Below, piece by piece: positions 63,401-64,000 of a DNA stretch of 64,000 bases. Under the pieces are notes generated by a model, which did not search any database, was not told where the DNA came from, and saw nothing but the letters and a program-made list of their open reading frames with translations. This stretch comes from Chara braunii (Eukaryota; Plantae; Charophyceae). The position numbers were made by a program, and so were the translations under genes. The stretch spans positions 3,328,676 through 3,392,675 of the forward strand of contig BFEA01000033.1 in assembly GCA_003427395.1 (NCBI GenBank). Reading direction: 5' to 3'. How positions within the stretch are numbered: position 1 is the stretch's first letter; every line of letters begins with the position of its first letter.

Positions 63401-64000
63401 TTAACTAAGGACATCTGTGATCTGCAGCAGAGGATTTTTTTAGAATGCTCAGGCTCAAGCGGCCAATTCTCTTCCTTTGCCTACGGCTACTGACGCTGCC
63501 CTCATTTCCACTATAAATGCCCCTGCCAGCACCTCTACCTCTATGAGCTTGATAGACAGTCAGGTTGGGACTGCAGCAGGTGTAGACTCTGGGGTTGCTG
63601 CAGCTACCGCCAGCTCTGGAACCTGTACAAGCGAAGCAGTTCCAATTGCGGAACCAGCAATTGCTGGTCCCTGATACAGCCCTCCACAAGCTCGCAAGAG
63701 GGTGGTGCAGATTCCTCCTCTATATGATAGGAAATCTGATGTGATTTCCTGGATTGCTAAGATGCGAGCCTACTTTGCGGTGACCCAGACGCCGCCGATT
63801 GGTTAAGCGCTGGTCTCGGGTACACATATGAACCCCATGTTGGAACCTTCCTATGGGTTAAGGCTGTAGAGGCTGGATATGAAAGACTTAACCATCCAAG
63901 TTGGCTGGGAGCCACTCCTGTGTCCACATTTGAAAAGCTACTGATTAAGGAGTCTTGGGAGCCACTCCTGTGTCCACATTTGAAAAGCTACTGATTAAGG
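60500..64000 (+). mobile_element. 5' part of a Gypsy element (LTR to 61382, long leader, decayed gag) related to 27788-38378
   Basis: LTR end GGATCATAACA at 61382. Leader 61.4-62.3 kb resembles the reverse complement of 34.6-35.6 kb. gag VVQIPPLYDRKSDVISWIAKMRAYF parallels VTKFPPRYDEEADIVSWFAQTNKYF. Left boundary approximate. Confidence 0.8.
62289..62750 (+). repeat. ~99-bp tandem repeat array in the Gypsy leader
   Basis: GGGCATGCGTACCCAGTGGG at 62289, 62388 and 62558, plus partial units. Confidence 0.85.

Overview
Eukaryotic, transposon-saturated draft-assembly DNA with several N gaps, most of them next to simple repeats. The element families and composition suggest a streptophyte alga such as Chara; this is inference, not a database result. 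The one recognisable host gene is an LNK-like circadian co-activator on the + strand. Its conserved motif (RQLESAIRK|LDIGTCNVIRDALYRLAESATQR) is split by a ~46.8 kb intron (5531-52315). That intron holds a near-complete chromodomain Ty3/Gypsy element (15129-24233), an older Gypsy (27788-~38378), a solo LTR, L1 fragments, a tRNA-like repeat pair and a Tc1/mariner-type MITE. The most unusual object lies downstream of the second exon: a decayed Penelope-like retroelement of the Naiad/Chlamys type (~54.4-59.5 kb). Its reverse transcriptase frame runs through a low-complexity linker into a Josephin (ataxin-3-like) deubiquitinase domain with an intact Cys-His-Asp triad, followed by two tandem RING-like zinc fingers. 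This looks like a retroelement carrying a ubiquitin-editing module. All family calls come from motif recognition by eye; no searches were run.
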